From: Patescibacteria group bacterium | Lineage (GTDB): Bacteria; Patescibacteriota; Minisyncoccia; UBA6257; 2-01-FULL-56-20 | Direction of reading: 5' to 3' | NCBI GenBank assembly: GCA_018971305.1 | Contig: JAGXBC010000001.1 | Location: 31,408 to 95,407 of the forward strand | DNA: 64,000 nt | In this document: one piece after another, positions 18,354 through 27,855 of the stretch | Numbering within the stretch: position 1 is the first letter of the stretch | Layout of the letters: each line of letters starts with the position of its first letter | Notes under the pieces: model-generated | What the model was told of the DNA's origin: nothing | The model's input: only the letters and a program-made list of their open reading frames with translations | Databases searched by the model: none | Translations under genes and position numbers: made by a program

Positions 18354-20147
18354 CTATCGTGCTATCGGCAACGAAAAACCGAAAGTTGAGCCCTTCCCTT
18401 CTCCTTCGGATTCTCCCCAAATTTTCCCTCCCATTTTTTCTACGATTTGCTTCACGATAAAAAGCCCCAAACCTGTGCCGGTAATATTCTGCGTCTTCTC
18501 TGTCTGCACGCGATAAAACTTTTCGAACAATTTTTTCTGGGCTTCTGGGGCCATACCAAAGCCATTGTCCGTAACATAGGTTATAAGCATCTTATTCTTC
18601 ACCTCATGCTTCACACGCACCCAGCCGCCATCGTTATTGTATTTTATGGCATTACCGACAAGGTTCGTCATAACCTCTTTGACCCTATCGGAATCAGCCA
18701 TAACCTTCGGAAGATTTTCCGGAATTTCATAACTCATCTCAACCGATTTATCTTCGGCTAGAGGCCTCAATTCATTCATAACAACGTCTATCGGTTCCTC
18801 AATATCAATCGCCGCAACCTTAATGGTTAACTTACCGACTTCCGAGCGAGAAACTTCCAATAAGTCGTTTACGAGTTGTATCAAGCGTTGATTGGAATTA
18901 ATAACCTTTTTTATTAGATCTTTGGTTTTATCCGTTATCGGACCGGTAACACCGTCCAATACCAGGGAGAGATAGCCCCTGATCGCGGCGACGGGGGTGC
19001 GCAGTTCATGGGCAGCTATAAAAACGAACTCGTCTTTAAGTTCTTGGAGCTGCTTCAGGCCGGCAATCATTTTATTGAAGGCATTACCCAATTCTTCCAA
19101 TTCGTCTCCTGTGTTAATTTTCACTCTTTCTTCAAATTTCCCCTGAGACACCAATTCAGTTCCCTTTTCTAATGCTTTGATAGGACGGACAAGAATAATT
19201 GCGAATATTATGCTCACGATAATCACCAAAACCAGCACGGCTCCGGACAATAGAATATTTTTATAAAGAATATCGTTCACGCTCGCATCCGCTTCTGAAG
19301 TCGGCCACTCGGCAATAAGACCCCATTTGAATTCCGGAAGATAGCGGGCAGCGGCAACAACCTCCGCGCCGAAATGATTAAGATATCTTTCCTGGGCACT
19401 CGCTCCCAAAAAATTCTCTCCGCTTATAACCGCCGAAACGATAGCCGTATTTCTCAAATCAATTGATGACGTAGTATTCGGCATTCCTCCGATAAGCTCT
19501 CCCGAATCATCAACCAGATAAACATAACCGCTTGCGCCAAGACTGGTTTCTTTTACTATGTCCTGCAATTGGCTTAAATTAACGTCGGCGACCACTGCTG
19601 AAATTGGCACGTTGCCGTTGTTAACGTTAGGGCCCGCAATCTCCATAACAGGGCCCTTTCCGGTAAAATGCGCCGCACCGAAATAATCAATTCCCGTATG
19701 AGCGCTGGAGAGTTCCGGAGAACCACTCCAATCTTTAAGCTGGTCGTCGGGAACGCCGTCGGGGTATTCTCGGCTGAATTTTGCCACCTCCTTTCCGTCC
19801 GAACCTATAAAAGCCACGTCCTCCAAGGGAGGAATTGTGGAAAGAAATTGTTTTAAGAGAAATTTCTTTGTGCTAAGGGTGAAATCGCTGTCGTCGGTTT
19901 TGTCGGTAGCAACCTTAACTTCTATGACGCCGGTAATGCCATTTATGAAATTCCTGATCTCTCCATATTTTTGGTCTATAAGAACCGACTCCAGGTTGGC
20001 AACGTCAACTTTGTGCGACTCTCTTATGCTGTAAACCGAAATGAGCCCGGCAATCACGATCGGCACTACGCTTACGGATGCTATCACGAGAAAAATCTTA
20101 TTGCGCAACCTTCCCTTGGGGCGGCGTTCTTCGGGAATCTTATCCAT
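18354..20147 (-). CDS. Sensor histidine kinase (N-terminal TM, periplasmic domain, second TM, HAMP, HisKA, HATPase)
   Basis: H-box FVFIAAHELRTPVAAIRGYLSL; N/G boxes NLVGNAIKYNNDGG...TGTGLGLFIVKQIVEKMGG. No response regulator gene is adjacent. Confidence 0.8.
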   Translation of the reverse strand: MDKIPEERRPKGRLRNKIFLVIASVSVVPIVIAGLISVYSIRESHKVDVANLESVLIDQKYGEIRNFINGITGVIEVKVATDKTDDSDFTLSTKKFLLKQFLSTIPPLEDVAFIGSDGKEVAKFSREYPDGVPDDQLKDWSGSPELSSAHTGIDYFGAAHFTGKGPVMEIAGPNVNNGNVPISAVVADVNLSQLQDIVKETSLGASGYVYLVDDSGELIGGMPNTTSSIDLRNTAIVSAVISGENFLGASAQERYLNHFGAEVVAAARYLPEFKWGLIAEWPTSEADASVNDILYKNILLSGAVLVLVIIVSIIFAIILVRPIKALEKGTELVSQGKFEERVKINTGDELEELGNAFNKMIAGLKQLQELKDEFVFIAAHELRTPVAAIRGYLSLVLDGVTGPITDKTKDLIKKVINSNQRLIQLVNDLLEVSRSEVGKLTIKVAAIDIEEPIDVVMNELRPLAEDKSVEMSYEIPENLPKVMADSDRVKEVMTNLVGNAIKYNNDGGWVRVKHEVKNKMLITYVTDNGFGMAPEAQKKLFEKFYRVQTEKTQNITGTGLGLFIVKQIVEKMGGKIWGESEGEGKGSTFGFSLPIAR

Positions 20148-20267
20148 TGTTTATAAATTATAGCACTACAACTTATCTGAATATTCCAAAAGACACAGTA
20201 TCTTTAAGGAAAAAATGGCTAATCGTGTTTTGTCTTAGTGTGTTGAAAATTATACAATGAAACATAA

Positions 20268-20990
20268 ATGGATAAGTTGTTATCGGTAAAAAATCTCAGT
20301 GTTTCGTTTGAGGGGAAGCCGGTTATCTCGGGCATCAGCTTTGATTTAAGTGTCGGTGAGAATCTGGCAATCATCGGACCGAACGGCTCAGGGAAAACCG
20401 TGCTCTTAAAGTCTCTAATTGGTATCCTGCCTTATAATGGAGAGGTTTCTTGGACACCTCATACAAAGATCGGATACGTTCCTCAAAAAATTGACGCCGA
20501 CAGGCATCTGCCGCTTACCATAGAAAATCTTCTGCACGCCAAGGCCGGTGCCATTGGATTGAAAAAATTTTCCGTAAAAAATTCCCTGGAGGAGGTCGGT
20601 CTCGGACATTCTGCGGCCAAAACTCCGATAGGCCATCTTTCCGGCGGAGAATTCCAAAGAGCGCTAATTGCCTTCGCCCTCCTCGGGAATCCAAAAGTAT
20701 TGCTATTTGACGAACCGACGGCTTCAATTGACGTCTCAGGAGAGGAACTGATCTACGAACTCATCCACGAACTCCAAGACAAGCGGGGAATCTCCGCGAT
20801 AGTCGTCTCGCACGACCTGAGCTTTGTTTATAACTACGCCACCAATGTTTTATGCGTGAACAAAACCGGCCTCTGTTTCGGCCCTCCGGAAAAAACGCTG
20901 AATGCCCAGGTTTTAGAAAAAGTTTACGGTCCGCATAAATATTTCCATCACTTCCATCATAAGGACCAAGAAGAACACAAAAATGCTTAG
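20268..20990 (+). CDS. Metal (Zn/Mn-type) ABC transporter ATP-binding protein
   Basis: Walker A GPNGSGKT, signature LSGGEFQRA, Walker B LLFDEPTASID; His-rich C-terminal tail HKYFHHFHHKDQEEH. Overlaps the permease start by 8 nt. Confidence 0.85.
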   Translation: MDKLLSVKNLSVSFEGKPVISGISFDLSVGENLAIIGPNGSGKTVLLKSLIGILPYNGEVSWTPHTKIGYVPQKIDADRHLPLTIENLLHAKAGAIGLKKFSVKNSLEEVGLGHSAAKTPIGHLSGGEFQRALIAFALLGNPKVLLFDEPTASIDVSGEELIYELIHELQDKRGISAIVVSHDLSFVYNYATNVLCVNKTGLCFGPPEKTLNAQVLEKVYGPHKYFHHFHHKDQEEHKNA

Positions 20991-21750
20991 CCCGATTTAT
21001 TCAATAATTCTTGCTGTTCTTGCGGCGGCAGCAGCAGGCCTGGTCGGCTCTTTCGCCTTGATGAAAAAAACAGTTCTCGCCGGAGATGTAATGTCGCATG
21101 TCGCTATCCCCGGACTCGGATTGGCTCTGATCTGGAATATCAATCCCCTAATCGGCGGAGCAGCTACGCTCCTTTTGGGAGCTATAATCATTTGGCGGCT
21201 TGAGGAAAAAACTTCTTTGTCTTCGGAAGCCGCAATCGGCGTAATCTTCGCCTCTTCTGTCGCGCTCGGAGCGCTGCTTATAAATTCCAAAGAAGAGTTG
21301 ATAGACGCGCTCTTCGGCGGATTCGGCGGATTATCCACTAATGAATTTATTTTTGGCGTCGCCGCCAGCCTGTTCGTTATAATAGTGCTTTGGATTCTTA
21401 GAAATAAATTGATTATAAATCTTTTCTCGTCCGATCTTGCCGCTTCTGCCAATATCAACACGAGCGGCCTGAACCTTTGGTTTATAATTCTCTTTGCTCT
21501 TACGATACTCTCTGGGCTCCGCTTCCTCGGAGCACTGCTCGCCGGAGCATTGATAATCGTGCCCGCAGCGGCCGCGAGGCAACTGACTCACAGCCTGGGC
21601 TGGTTCATCGGAATGTCAACTTTGTTGTCCGTGGTTTCCGTGATATTGGGCTTTATCATCTCTAATACTTATGGCTTAGAGCTCGGCCCAACGGTTGTAG
21701 TAGTTGCGGCAGGAATTTTCGTTTTAAGTTTGCTAAAGAAAAAAGAATAA
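20983..21750 (+). CDS. Metal ABC transporter permease (ABC-3 / ZnuB family)
   Basis: Polytopic protein with DVMSHVAIPGLGLA and LIIVPAAAARQLT motifs typical of ABC-3 permeases. Confidence 0.85.
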   Translation: MLSPIYSIILAVLAAAAAGLVGSFALMKKTVLAGDVMSHVAIPGLGLALIWNINPLIGGAATLLLGAIIIWRLEEKTSLSSEAAIGVIFASSVALGALLINSKEELIDALFGGFGGLSTNEFIFGVAASLFVIIVLWILRNKLIINLFSSDLAASANINTSGLNLWFIILFALTILSGLRFLGALLAGALIIVPAAAARQLTHSLGWFIGMSTLLSVVSVILGFIISNTYGLELGPTVVVVAAGIFVLSLLKKKE

Positions 21751-21895
21751 CTACGGAGCGGGTAAAGGGAGGCGAACAAAATTTCGCCTACGCGAAATTT
21801 TTTGAAACCCAGCGGTTTCAAAACTTCCGCAACGGGAAACCTCCCGGTTTCCCGACCCCATCCACGTTCGATTCCCATTATTACCAATTGCAGAT

Positions 21896-21930
21896 ATAAA
21901 ATCAGCCCACTTACAGCGAGCTGATTTTAT
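21896..21930. terminator. Palindromic hairpin (11-bp stem ATAAAATCAGC / GCTGATTTTAT), a plausible bidirectional terminator
   Basis: Perfect inverted repeat seen directly; it has A/T-rich ends on both sides and lies between the ABC operon and the tRNA gene. Confidence 0.45.
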
Positions 21931-21935
21931 ATCTG

Positions 21936-22006
21936 AGCGGGTAACGGGAATCGAACCCGTGTCTAAACCTTGGGAAGGTCTCGTTCTGCCACTGAACCAT
22001 ACCCGC
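21936..22006 (-). tRNA. tRNA-Gly (anticodon CCC)
   Basis: Minus-strand cloverleaf read by hand: acceptor GCGGGTA/TACCCGC, D-arm GTTC-AGTGGCA-GAAC, anticodon stem AGACC/GGTTT with loop TTCCCAA, T-arm ACGGG-TTCGATT-CCCGT, discriminator U; 71 nt, no encoded CCA. Confidence 0.8.
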
Positions 22007-22240
22007 GTTAGAATATCTTAACAAGCTTGCGAGTTTAGATATTCTTACCCTAGCCTGACGGCCGGCAGGCATCCCGCCAGCGGCGGGGCAATAACTCCCG
22101 CCAGTTTATCAACAACACAAAATAAAAACCGAAATTCTCTTCCTCTGAAATTTTATACGGAACAATAGCATCTTGTCCAACGTACAAATATGGACTGGAA
22201 TGAAAAACCGCCGATACGTGACCGGCGGCCCAGAAAAAAC

Positions 22241-23251
22241 CTATTTCGGTATGCTCAAGTAATACGTCTTGAGGTCTTCCAAAAATTTTCCTCCGAAATT
22301 CTTTGGCGTGAAAGGGAACGGCAGCCACTCCTTGGAAGTCGTCTGCCAAACCTCGGTGATAATTCCTTTCCGATGGTTAACCAGAAAAACGGGAATATCG
22401 CGTTCCTCTCCCCAAAGCAATTCGCACTGCAAATTGAGTTCTAAAAGGTGCTGGCGATCCTTATACATAACGTGCGGCGGACCGGGGCTCAGTTCTTCGT
22501 CATGAAGAATAAAAACGTATCTGAGAATCGACGAGTTTGCCCTACGCATCTGACGCACAGCGTCGCGAAGCGGATAGATGGGATGATATTCGCACATTCC
22601 GTCGATCGCGCCGATGTAATGATCTTTTCCCATAATCAAGGCGGAATAGCGCCTATCCGGAAAAACACTCCTCGGACTATAGGCGTCGTTGGTTAGTTTT
22701 TTCTCCTCGCGGAGCAATTCTTCGGCAAGGCCTTGAAAATACTCAAGGGTTTCCCCGCAAAGGTCAACGGCTTTTTTCTTTACGTCAAAGAGCAAAAGCC
22801 TCATGGAAGAAACCGCAGCTTCGTGTGTTTCGCGATTTCCACAAACAAATTCAAAATCCGTTCCCAGGCCGCCGAGAATAACGTCACGGCAATTTCCGCA
22901 ACAGGTCGGAGGAGAGTTAAATTCCTTGCGAACGGACGTGAATCCGAAAATAATATCGCCTTGCTCGGACCAGCCATAACGCGAACGGAATGCCGCCACG
23001 GCACACTCCTCGCAATGCAATGCCTGCATTACCCCATATTCAATATTCCCCACAGGAAGGAATTCTCCACTCCATATCCCGATAGAACCGCGGACGAAAT
23101 AATTGGAGAATATCGGCATAGACACGCTAGAGTCATGCGCCACTTCCAATGCTTTTCCGTATGAATAAACCTTACGTTGTTGCAGATCCGAAAGCGGGGT
23201 ACTTCGTATTTTCCCTTCGTGATCAAGCTCGAGATTCCTGAAGTTCCACAT
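22241..23251 (-). CDS. cdd: Cytidine deaminase, two-domain (E. coli Cdd-like) type
   Basis: Zinc-ligand motifs HCEECAV (H-x-E) and PPTCCGNCRD (PCxxC) in the CDA-fold context SNYFVRGSIG...GNIEYGVMQAL; a second zinc-less repeat follows. Confidence 0.6.
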   Translation of the reverse strand: MWNFRNLELDHEGKIRSTPLSDLQQRKVYSYGKALEVAHDSSVSMPIFSNYFVRGSIGIWSGEFLPVGNIEYGVMQALHCEECAVAAFRSRYGWSEQGDIIFGFTSVRKEFNSPPTCCGNCRDVILGGLGTDFEFVCGNRETHEAAVSSMRLLLFDVKKKAVDLCGETLEYFQGLAEELLREEKKLTNDAYSPRSVFPDRRYSALIMGKDHYIGAIDGMCEYHPIYPLRDAVRQMRRANSSILRYVFILHDEELSPGPPHVMYKDRQHLLELNLQCELLWGEERDIPVFLVNHRKGIITEVWQTTSKEWLPFPFTPKNFGGKFLEDLKTYYLSIPK

Positions 23252-23314
23252 AATACACGCTCCTGTACTGGAAAGTTACTGGCTAAAGAATAACCGCAAA
23301 CCTGCATTACGGTC

Positions 23315-23354
23315 AAGAAAAAACAAAAAGGCCGAGGGTTTTTAATCCTCGGCC
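23315..23354 (-). terminator. Rho-independent terminator directly after the 914-aa gene
   Basis: Stem ggccgagg(23330-23337)/cctcggcc(23347-23354), followed on the minus strand by TTTTTGTTTTTT. Confidence 0.65.
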
Positions 23355-23360
23355 ACTGAA

Positions 23361-26105
23361 TTATACCGGTATATATCCAGTCAATTCATCTATCATGTTC
23401 TCAATGAACGGCGCCATCTTACCTTGTTGATATCCCTTGGTTCCTTCCGCCGGACGCACAAATTCATCATCCTTGCCTTTGTAGGCAGGACTCTGGAATT
23501 TGTAGTTCAGCAAGAATTCCCAGGGAACAAACTCAACAGTGATGCCGTGATGAGTGGAGAATTCGATCAGAGTGAACATAACCGTGGACATGAGCCCAGC
23601 ACGCAGCTCATAGCCGCTTTGTCCGGCAGCAGCTCCCGCCTGAACGATGACCTTGTCTCCAAGCTCAGTCATCCAAACGGAATGTTTATCGCCACCGAGG
23701 AGAAGATCAATCCCCCTTGAGGCGCGAGCCATATTTCTGAGCCACTTCTTCCCTTCATCCGCGGGCGTTCTTCCGGCGAAGGGCTGCCACATATGCTGAA
23801 TGGCAACCTTGAATCCGCAGATTGTATCCACAAAGAAAGGCCAATTAACAATATCGCCTTGTGGATTGTGGGTATCCATCCAGCGAATCCTGCTAATTGT
23901 CAGAGCTTTCTTAAGCGGATTATCAATGCCGAGTCGCTCTCGTTCCATTAAAACTCCCTGAAGACCTGTCTCAAGGAACGTTAACGGACTATCACCCGAA
24001 CGCTTGGCATCAAAATTATTCCACTCGTGATTTCCAAGCCATGCAGCCACATCCTTAAGATTAGGAGCACCAAGAATCAAAGGCGCAACCAATCCGAAGG
24101 AAAACTTCTTTTGGGCGTGCATACTCGTCAAGCGAGTCGGCCTATTTTCCGCGGTATTCTGCGGATACATGTTGCCGTGGATGAAATCTCCATTGATCCA
24201 CAGATGCTCTGCTTGCCGCTCATGAAGCCCATAGTCAAGAAATTTAACCACGAGCTCTGGCCATTGAGTAATAGAGCCGAATTGCTCGTCCGTGGCAAGA
24301 AGCCCCACAGAACGCTGCTCCTTCATACCCTTGTGTGCTTCAATTACTTTCATAACCGAGCGATTCAAAATCCTGAAACGAAGACGGCCGTCAGCGCATA
24401 AAATGATTTCTGGCGCCGATGGAGAAACAGGTTCCTTGCGAACCCTGTCTTGTCTCCGCTCTTTGGATTCCAAAATTCTCGTATTCCATTCTTTCATCGT
24501 GTATGCCGCAGCAGGCATAGTATTCTGCATTCCTGGCAAATTAAGTATCCAGGTGCCCATCAAGTATTCCGCGAAGAAACTTTCTTGATGGAAATCGGCA
24601 AGCATCCAGGGCAGCTCCTGACGTGAGAGACCAAGGTGCCTCGCAATAGCATCCATATGTTGAATGGTTGCTTGATATTGCGTGATGTCGGAGAATCCGG
24701 CGTTGTGGACAACACGAATTTCTTTATTATCCGCGACTTTGAGCCGCAGGGTATCGGGCGTCACGATACGTTTTCCAATATTGCCATAAAGGGCCGCAAC
24801 GTTTACCACCTTTTCGTAATCTTTCGGATAATTGAAGCCATACTGCTTGGCCAGCCTAATCTCAATGATTAGACGATATTCGCTCTTCCGAATGCCAATC
24901 TTGTTATAAACCTCTTGACGGTTCAAGAGAGAACTACCGATCCTCAGTTGGTACGTATCAATGATTTCCCACTGAGCCCTGATCTTTCGACGAAGCTCCT
25001 TGTTGTCCAAGCGACGCGTCATCTCGGCAGAAAAACTCTGCCAGTTAACGCCGAACTTCCAAGGATTCTTACCTTCGGCGAGGTGCATCAGTGTGGCATA
25101 ATCTTCAGCCAATCGCCAATCGTCATCTCCCTGAATCACGCAAACTTTATTAGTAACGATTTTTTCCATCCAATCCAGCAACAAGCCGGCGGAATGGAAT
25201 TGGGACTCGATTTTGTGCAGTCCGCCCTCTTCCACCAACATATTTGATTTGGCTTTATTCTTTACCTCAAAACGCCCCTGTACCAACCCGCTCGTAATAA
25301 CGAGACTGGGCTTGTCGGTTGCGCTCAGGATCCATTCAAGCAATTCTTCGTCCGTATATTGGCTTCCGTAGAGAACTTCCCCCACGAAAAGAAGTTTAAG
25401 GTCTTTGCCTTTCAGCTCTTCGCTGAGGTCGGTTACCGGGACCATTTTATTCACCCGATCTTTTTTCAAGATTTCTCTTACTTCCGCAAGAGATGCGGGC
25501 ATATCACCAGACTCTTCGCCTTTCACAAAAATCTTGTTTTCCAGAGCGGTGGTTTCCAGTGTCATTATGGACTGGGCATCAACACCTAACTCAACACCGC
25601 GCGGGGTAAGAGAATATTCATTGCCTTTTTTGTTTGCGCGAATCAATCCAAGTGCCAGGTAATAAGCAAAGAGTGTCGTTAAAAACTCAACCCCCTGCTT
25701 TTCGCTGCCATAGAGTGCATTGGCAATCATCAATAAAGAAATCGGATGATCGCTTAACTGACCAAGGATCCTGTTTTTTTCTTTTTCGGGAAGAAGCTTG
25801 TAGAGCTCATCCGATTTATAAAAACCGGCTTGGTTGGAAAAATACCAGTGGCAATCGTTAGCACGATCTCTGACTTTAACCAGAAATCCCTGGTCTTCAA
25901 GTTTGTCAAGAATACCGCGCGTCCAGTTTTTATTCCGCTTAAGGAGCCGCGATGCTTGACGATTTCTTAATCGCCTTGCCCTCTGGAGATGTGGCTCTAA
26001 TTTTTTGTATGCTTGCAAAACTTCCTGTTTTTCTTTTTTGGCTTGCTCCGGACTAATTGGCTTAGGATCAACAGCGACAATCTCTTTCTTTTTGTTTTTG
26101 TTCAT
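23361..26105 (-). CDS. Large hypothetical protein (914 aa): Lys-rich N-terminus, uncharacterised ~480-aa N-domain, C-terminal region with calcineurin-like metallophosphoesterase-type motifs
   Basis: Phosphoesterase-like motifs in order: LADFHQE (D-x-H), WINGDFIHGN (GD..H), WLGNHEWN (GNHE), LGGDKHSVW, STHHGIT. The N-half has no motif I recognise. Monocistronic, with its own terminator. Confidence 0.5.
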   Translation of the reverse strand: MNKNKKKEIVAVDPKPISPEQAKKEKQEVLQAYKKLEPHLQRARRLRNRQASRLLKRNKNWTRGILDKLEDQGFLVKVRDRANDCHWYFSNQAGFYKSDELYKLLPEKEKNRILGQLSDHPISLLMIANALYGSEKQGVEFLTTLFAYYLALGLIRANKKGNEYSLTPRGVELGVDAQSIMTLETTALENKIFVKGEESGDMPASLAEVREILKKDRVNKMVPVTDLSEELKGKDLKLLFVGEVLYGSQYTDEELLEWILSATDKPSLVITSGLVQGRFEVKNKAKSNMLVEEGGLHKIESQFHSAGLLLDWMEKIVTNKVCVIQGDDDWRLAEDYATLMHLAEGKNPWKFGVNWQSFSAEMTRRLDNKELRRKIRAQWEIIDTYQLRIGSSLLNRQEVYNKIGIRKSEYRLIIEIRLAKQYGFNYPKDYEKVVNVAALYGNIGKRIVTPDTLRLKVADNKEIRVVHNAGFSDITQYQATIQHMDAIARHLGLSRQELPWMLADFHQESFFAEYLMGTWILNLPGMQNTMPAAAYTMKEWNTRILESKERRQDRVRKEPVSPSAPEIILCADGRLRFRILNRSVMKVIEAHKGMKEQRSVGLLATDEQFGSITQWPELVVKFLDYGLHERQAEHLWINGDFIHGNMYPQNTAENRPTRLTSMHAQKKFSFGLVAPLILGAPNLKDVAAWLGNHEWNNFDAKRSGDSPLTFLETGLQGVLMERERLGIDNPLKKALTISRIRWMDTHNPQGDIVNWPFFVDTICGFKVAIQHMWQPFAGRTPADEGKKWLRNMARASRGIDLLLGGDKHSVWMTELGDKVIVQAGAAAGQSGYELRAGLMSTVMFTLIEFSTHHGITVEFVPWEFLLNYKFQSPAYKGKDDEFVRPAEGTKGYQQGKMAPFIENMIDELTGYIPV

Positions 26106-26220
26106 TCAATCCTCCCATATTATAAGGTATCAAAATTACTTTCTGCCTTCATCGTTGCAGAAAAGACAACTGCAGTCAATAGCAACAGCACCACAAAAAT
26201 CCTGCATCTAATACAAGAAC

Positions 26221-27690
26221 TTACGCCTTCTTCACGCCCTCAAAATGCCCGGCGGCAGTTTGCTCTATAAATCTTCCTTTATCCCGCAATTCCCCTAAGT
26301 TTTTCACGCCCAAATAGGCCATCGTGGAAGCAAGGCCGCGCAGCAGGTCGTCCACTATTTCATGGATAGTCCCGGTCACCGGCACGACCTGAGTGACACC
26401 CTCCGGCCGGCGGATGGATTTCAGATCGCCCCTCCGATACCTGGCTAGTTGCGCGGCGAAAGACGCCGAACCTGTATAATTTTTTACAGGACGATTGTCT
26501 TCGTCGACGAACATAGGGCTCGCCGATTCTCTGGCACGCACAAGAAGATTCCCGAGCATCACCGCCCTAGCTCCCACAATAAGAGCCTTAGCTAAGTCAC
26601 CGGGGTTTTTTATGCCGCCGTCGGCAATGACAGTTTTTTTATAACGGCCGGCGATAACCGCACACTCGGCAACAGCCGTAAGTTGCGGAACCCCTACTCC
26701 AACCTCGCGGGTGCGACAGACAAATCCAGGCCCCTGTCCGACCTTCACGATGTCGGCTCCGATCTCAAACAAAAATTTCGCGCCCTCAGCGGTGGAAACG
26801 TTGCCAACAACAAGCGGCAATTTCGGAAATTCTTTTTTTATCTTTTTGATGGCTTCTTCTGTGTTCACCGAATACGCCCGCGCCGTATCTATCAGCAAAA
26901 TTGAGACACCATTTTTTATCTGCGCTTCAACTTCCCGCAAGTGCTTAGCGGTAAATGTTTGCCCCACACCTATACTTCCGGCACGCAAAAACCTTCCCTT
27001 GTCATCACGTGTCGCCCGCGGATAACGCGATTTATAGAAAAGACCATTCGCGGTAATAAGGCCGGCGAGTTTGCCACTTTTATCAACGAGCGGAAGTTTT
27101 TCAATTTTATTTTTACGCAGGAGCTCTCCGGCTTTTTTAAAATCAATGCCAAGCGCCGCGACAATAAGCTTTTTGGACATTAAATCGCCCACGGATTTCC
27201 CGTCTTTTTCTTCGTAGAGCCAATCTCTTTTGGATAAAATACCCACGGGCTTTTTATTTTTATCAATAACGATAAGGCTACGCACGCCGAACTGCGACAT
27301 TTGCTTCTTCGCATCCTCAAGCGCAGTATTCGGCTTGGTTGTAAGCGGTTCGTCAATCAAAGCGGAGTCGGCGCGGCTAATCCTTGTTATTAATTCCACC
27401 CGCTCCTCAATGGGCAAGCTTTGAGGCGGGAAAGCCAATCCCCCCTCCCGTTCCAAAGCCACGGCGAGCTCCAAGCCGGTTACGGATTCCATATTGGCGC
27501 TCACTATCGGTATGGAAAGATTGAGGTTTTGCGATAATCTCGTTTCAAAATTAAAAACTTCCGACCGCGAACGGATGTCGGAATAGTTCTCCGGCAAAGA
27601 GACATCGCTAAAAGTAAGAGCACGGCCTGTCGGCAGACCCTTGGATGCAAAAAATTCGTGGATGGCAGATTTTTCTTCGTTCGTCAGCAC
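26221..27690 (-). CDS. guaB: Inosine-5'-monophosphate dehydrogenase family protein with CBS pair
   Basis: TIM-barrel motifs [10 protein letters not shown], catalytic loop [36 protein letters not shown]; CBS pair in the middle. Confidence 0.8.
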   Translation of the reverse strand: MLTNEEKSAIHEFFASKGLPTGRALTFSDVSLPENYSDIRSRSEVFNFETRLSQNLNLSIPIVSANMESVTGLELAVALEREGGLAFPPQSLPIEERVELITRISRADSALIDEPLTTKPNTALEDAKKQMSQFGVRSLIVIDKNKKPVGILSKRDWLYEEKDGKSVGDLMSKKLIVAALGIDFKKAGELLRKNKIEKLPLVDKSGKLAGLITANGLFYKSRYPRATRDDKGRFLRAGSIGVGQTFTAKHLREVEAQIKNGVSILLIDTARAYSVNTEEAIKKIKKEFPKLPLVVGNVSTAEGAKFLFEIGADIVKVGQGPGFVCRTREVGVGVPQLTAVAECAVIAGRYKKTVIADGGIKNPGDLAKALIVGARAVMLGNLLVRARESASPMFVDEDNRPVKNYTGSASFAAQLARYRRGDLKSIRRPEGVTQVVPVTGTIHEIVDDLLRGLASTMAYLGVKNLGELRDKGRFIEQTAAGHFEGVKKA

Positions 27691-27790
27691 AAGAACTATT
27701 ATACTTGGCAGCGAAGAAAAGATAAACAGCGCAGATATTTATCTTTTATGAGCAAACCGGGTTCATGGGCGAAACGATTATATAACAAAC

Positions 27791-27819
27791 TTGACCAGCC
27801 ATAAAACCTCCAATAATAT
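27791..27819 (+). promoter_or_regulatory. Sigma-70-like promoter for add (-35 TTGACC, 17-bp spacer, -10 TAATAT), followed by RBS AGGAGG at 27845-27850
   Basis: Hexamers and spacing read directly; the RBS lies 5 nt before ATG 27856. Confidence 0.4.
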
Positions 27820-27855
27820 TTAACGAGCGCTCAATTTTACATCTAGGAGGTGAAT

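Noticed and set aside
21855-21890. Possible second tRNA or tRNA 3'-fragment on the plus strand (GTTCGATTCC T-loop-like 10-mer)
   Set aside because: No complementary T-stem or acceptor stem can be formed around it and it does not resemble the 3' end of the adjacent tRNA-Gly; probably a chance T-loop-like decamer.
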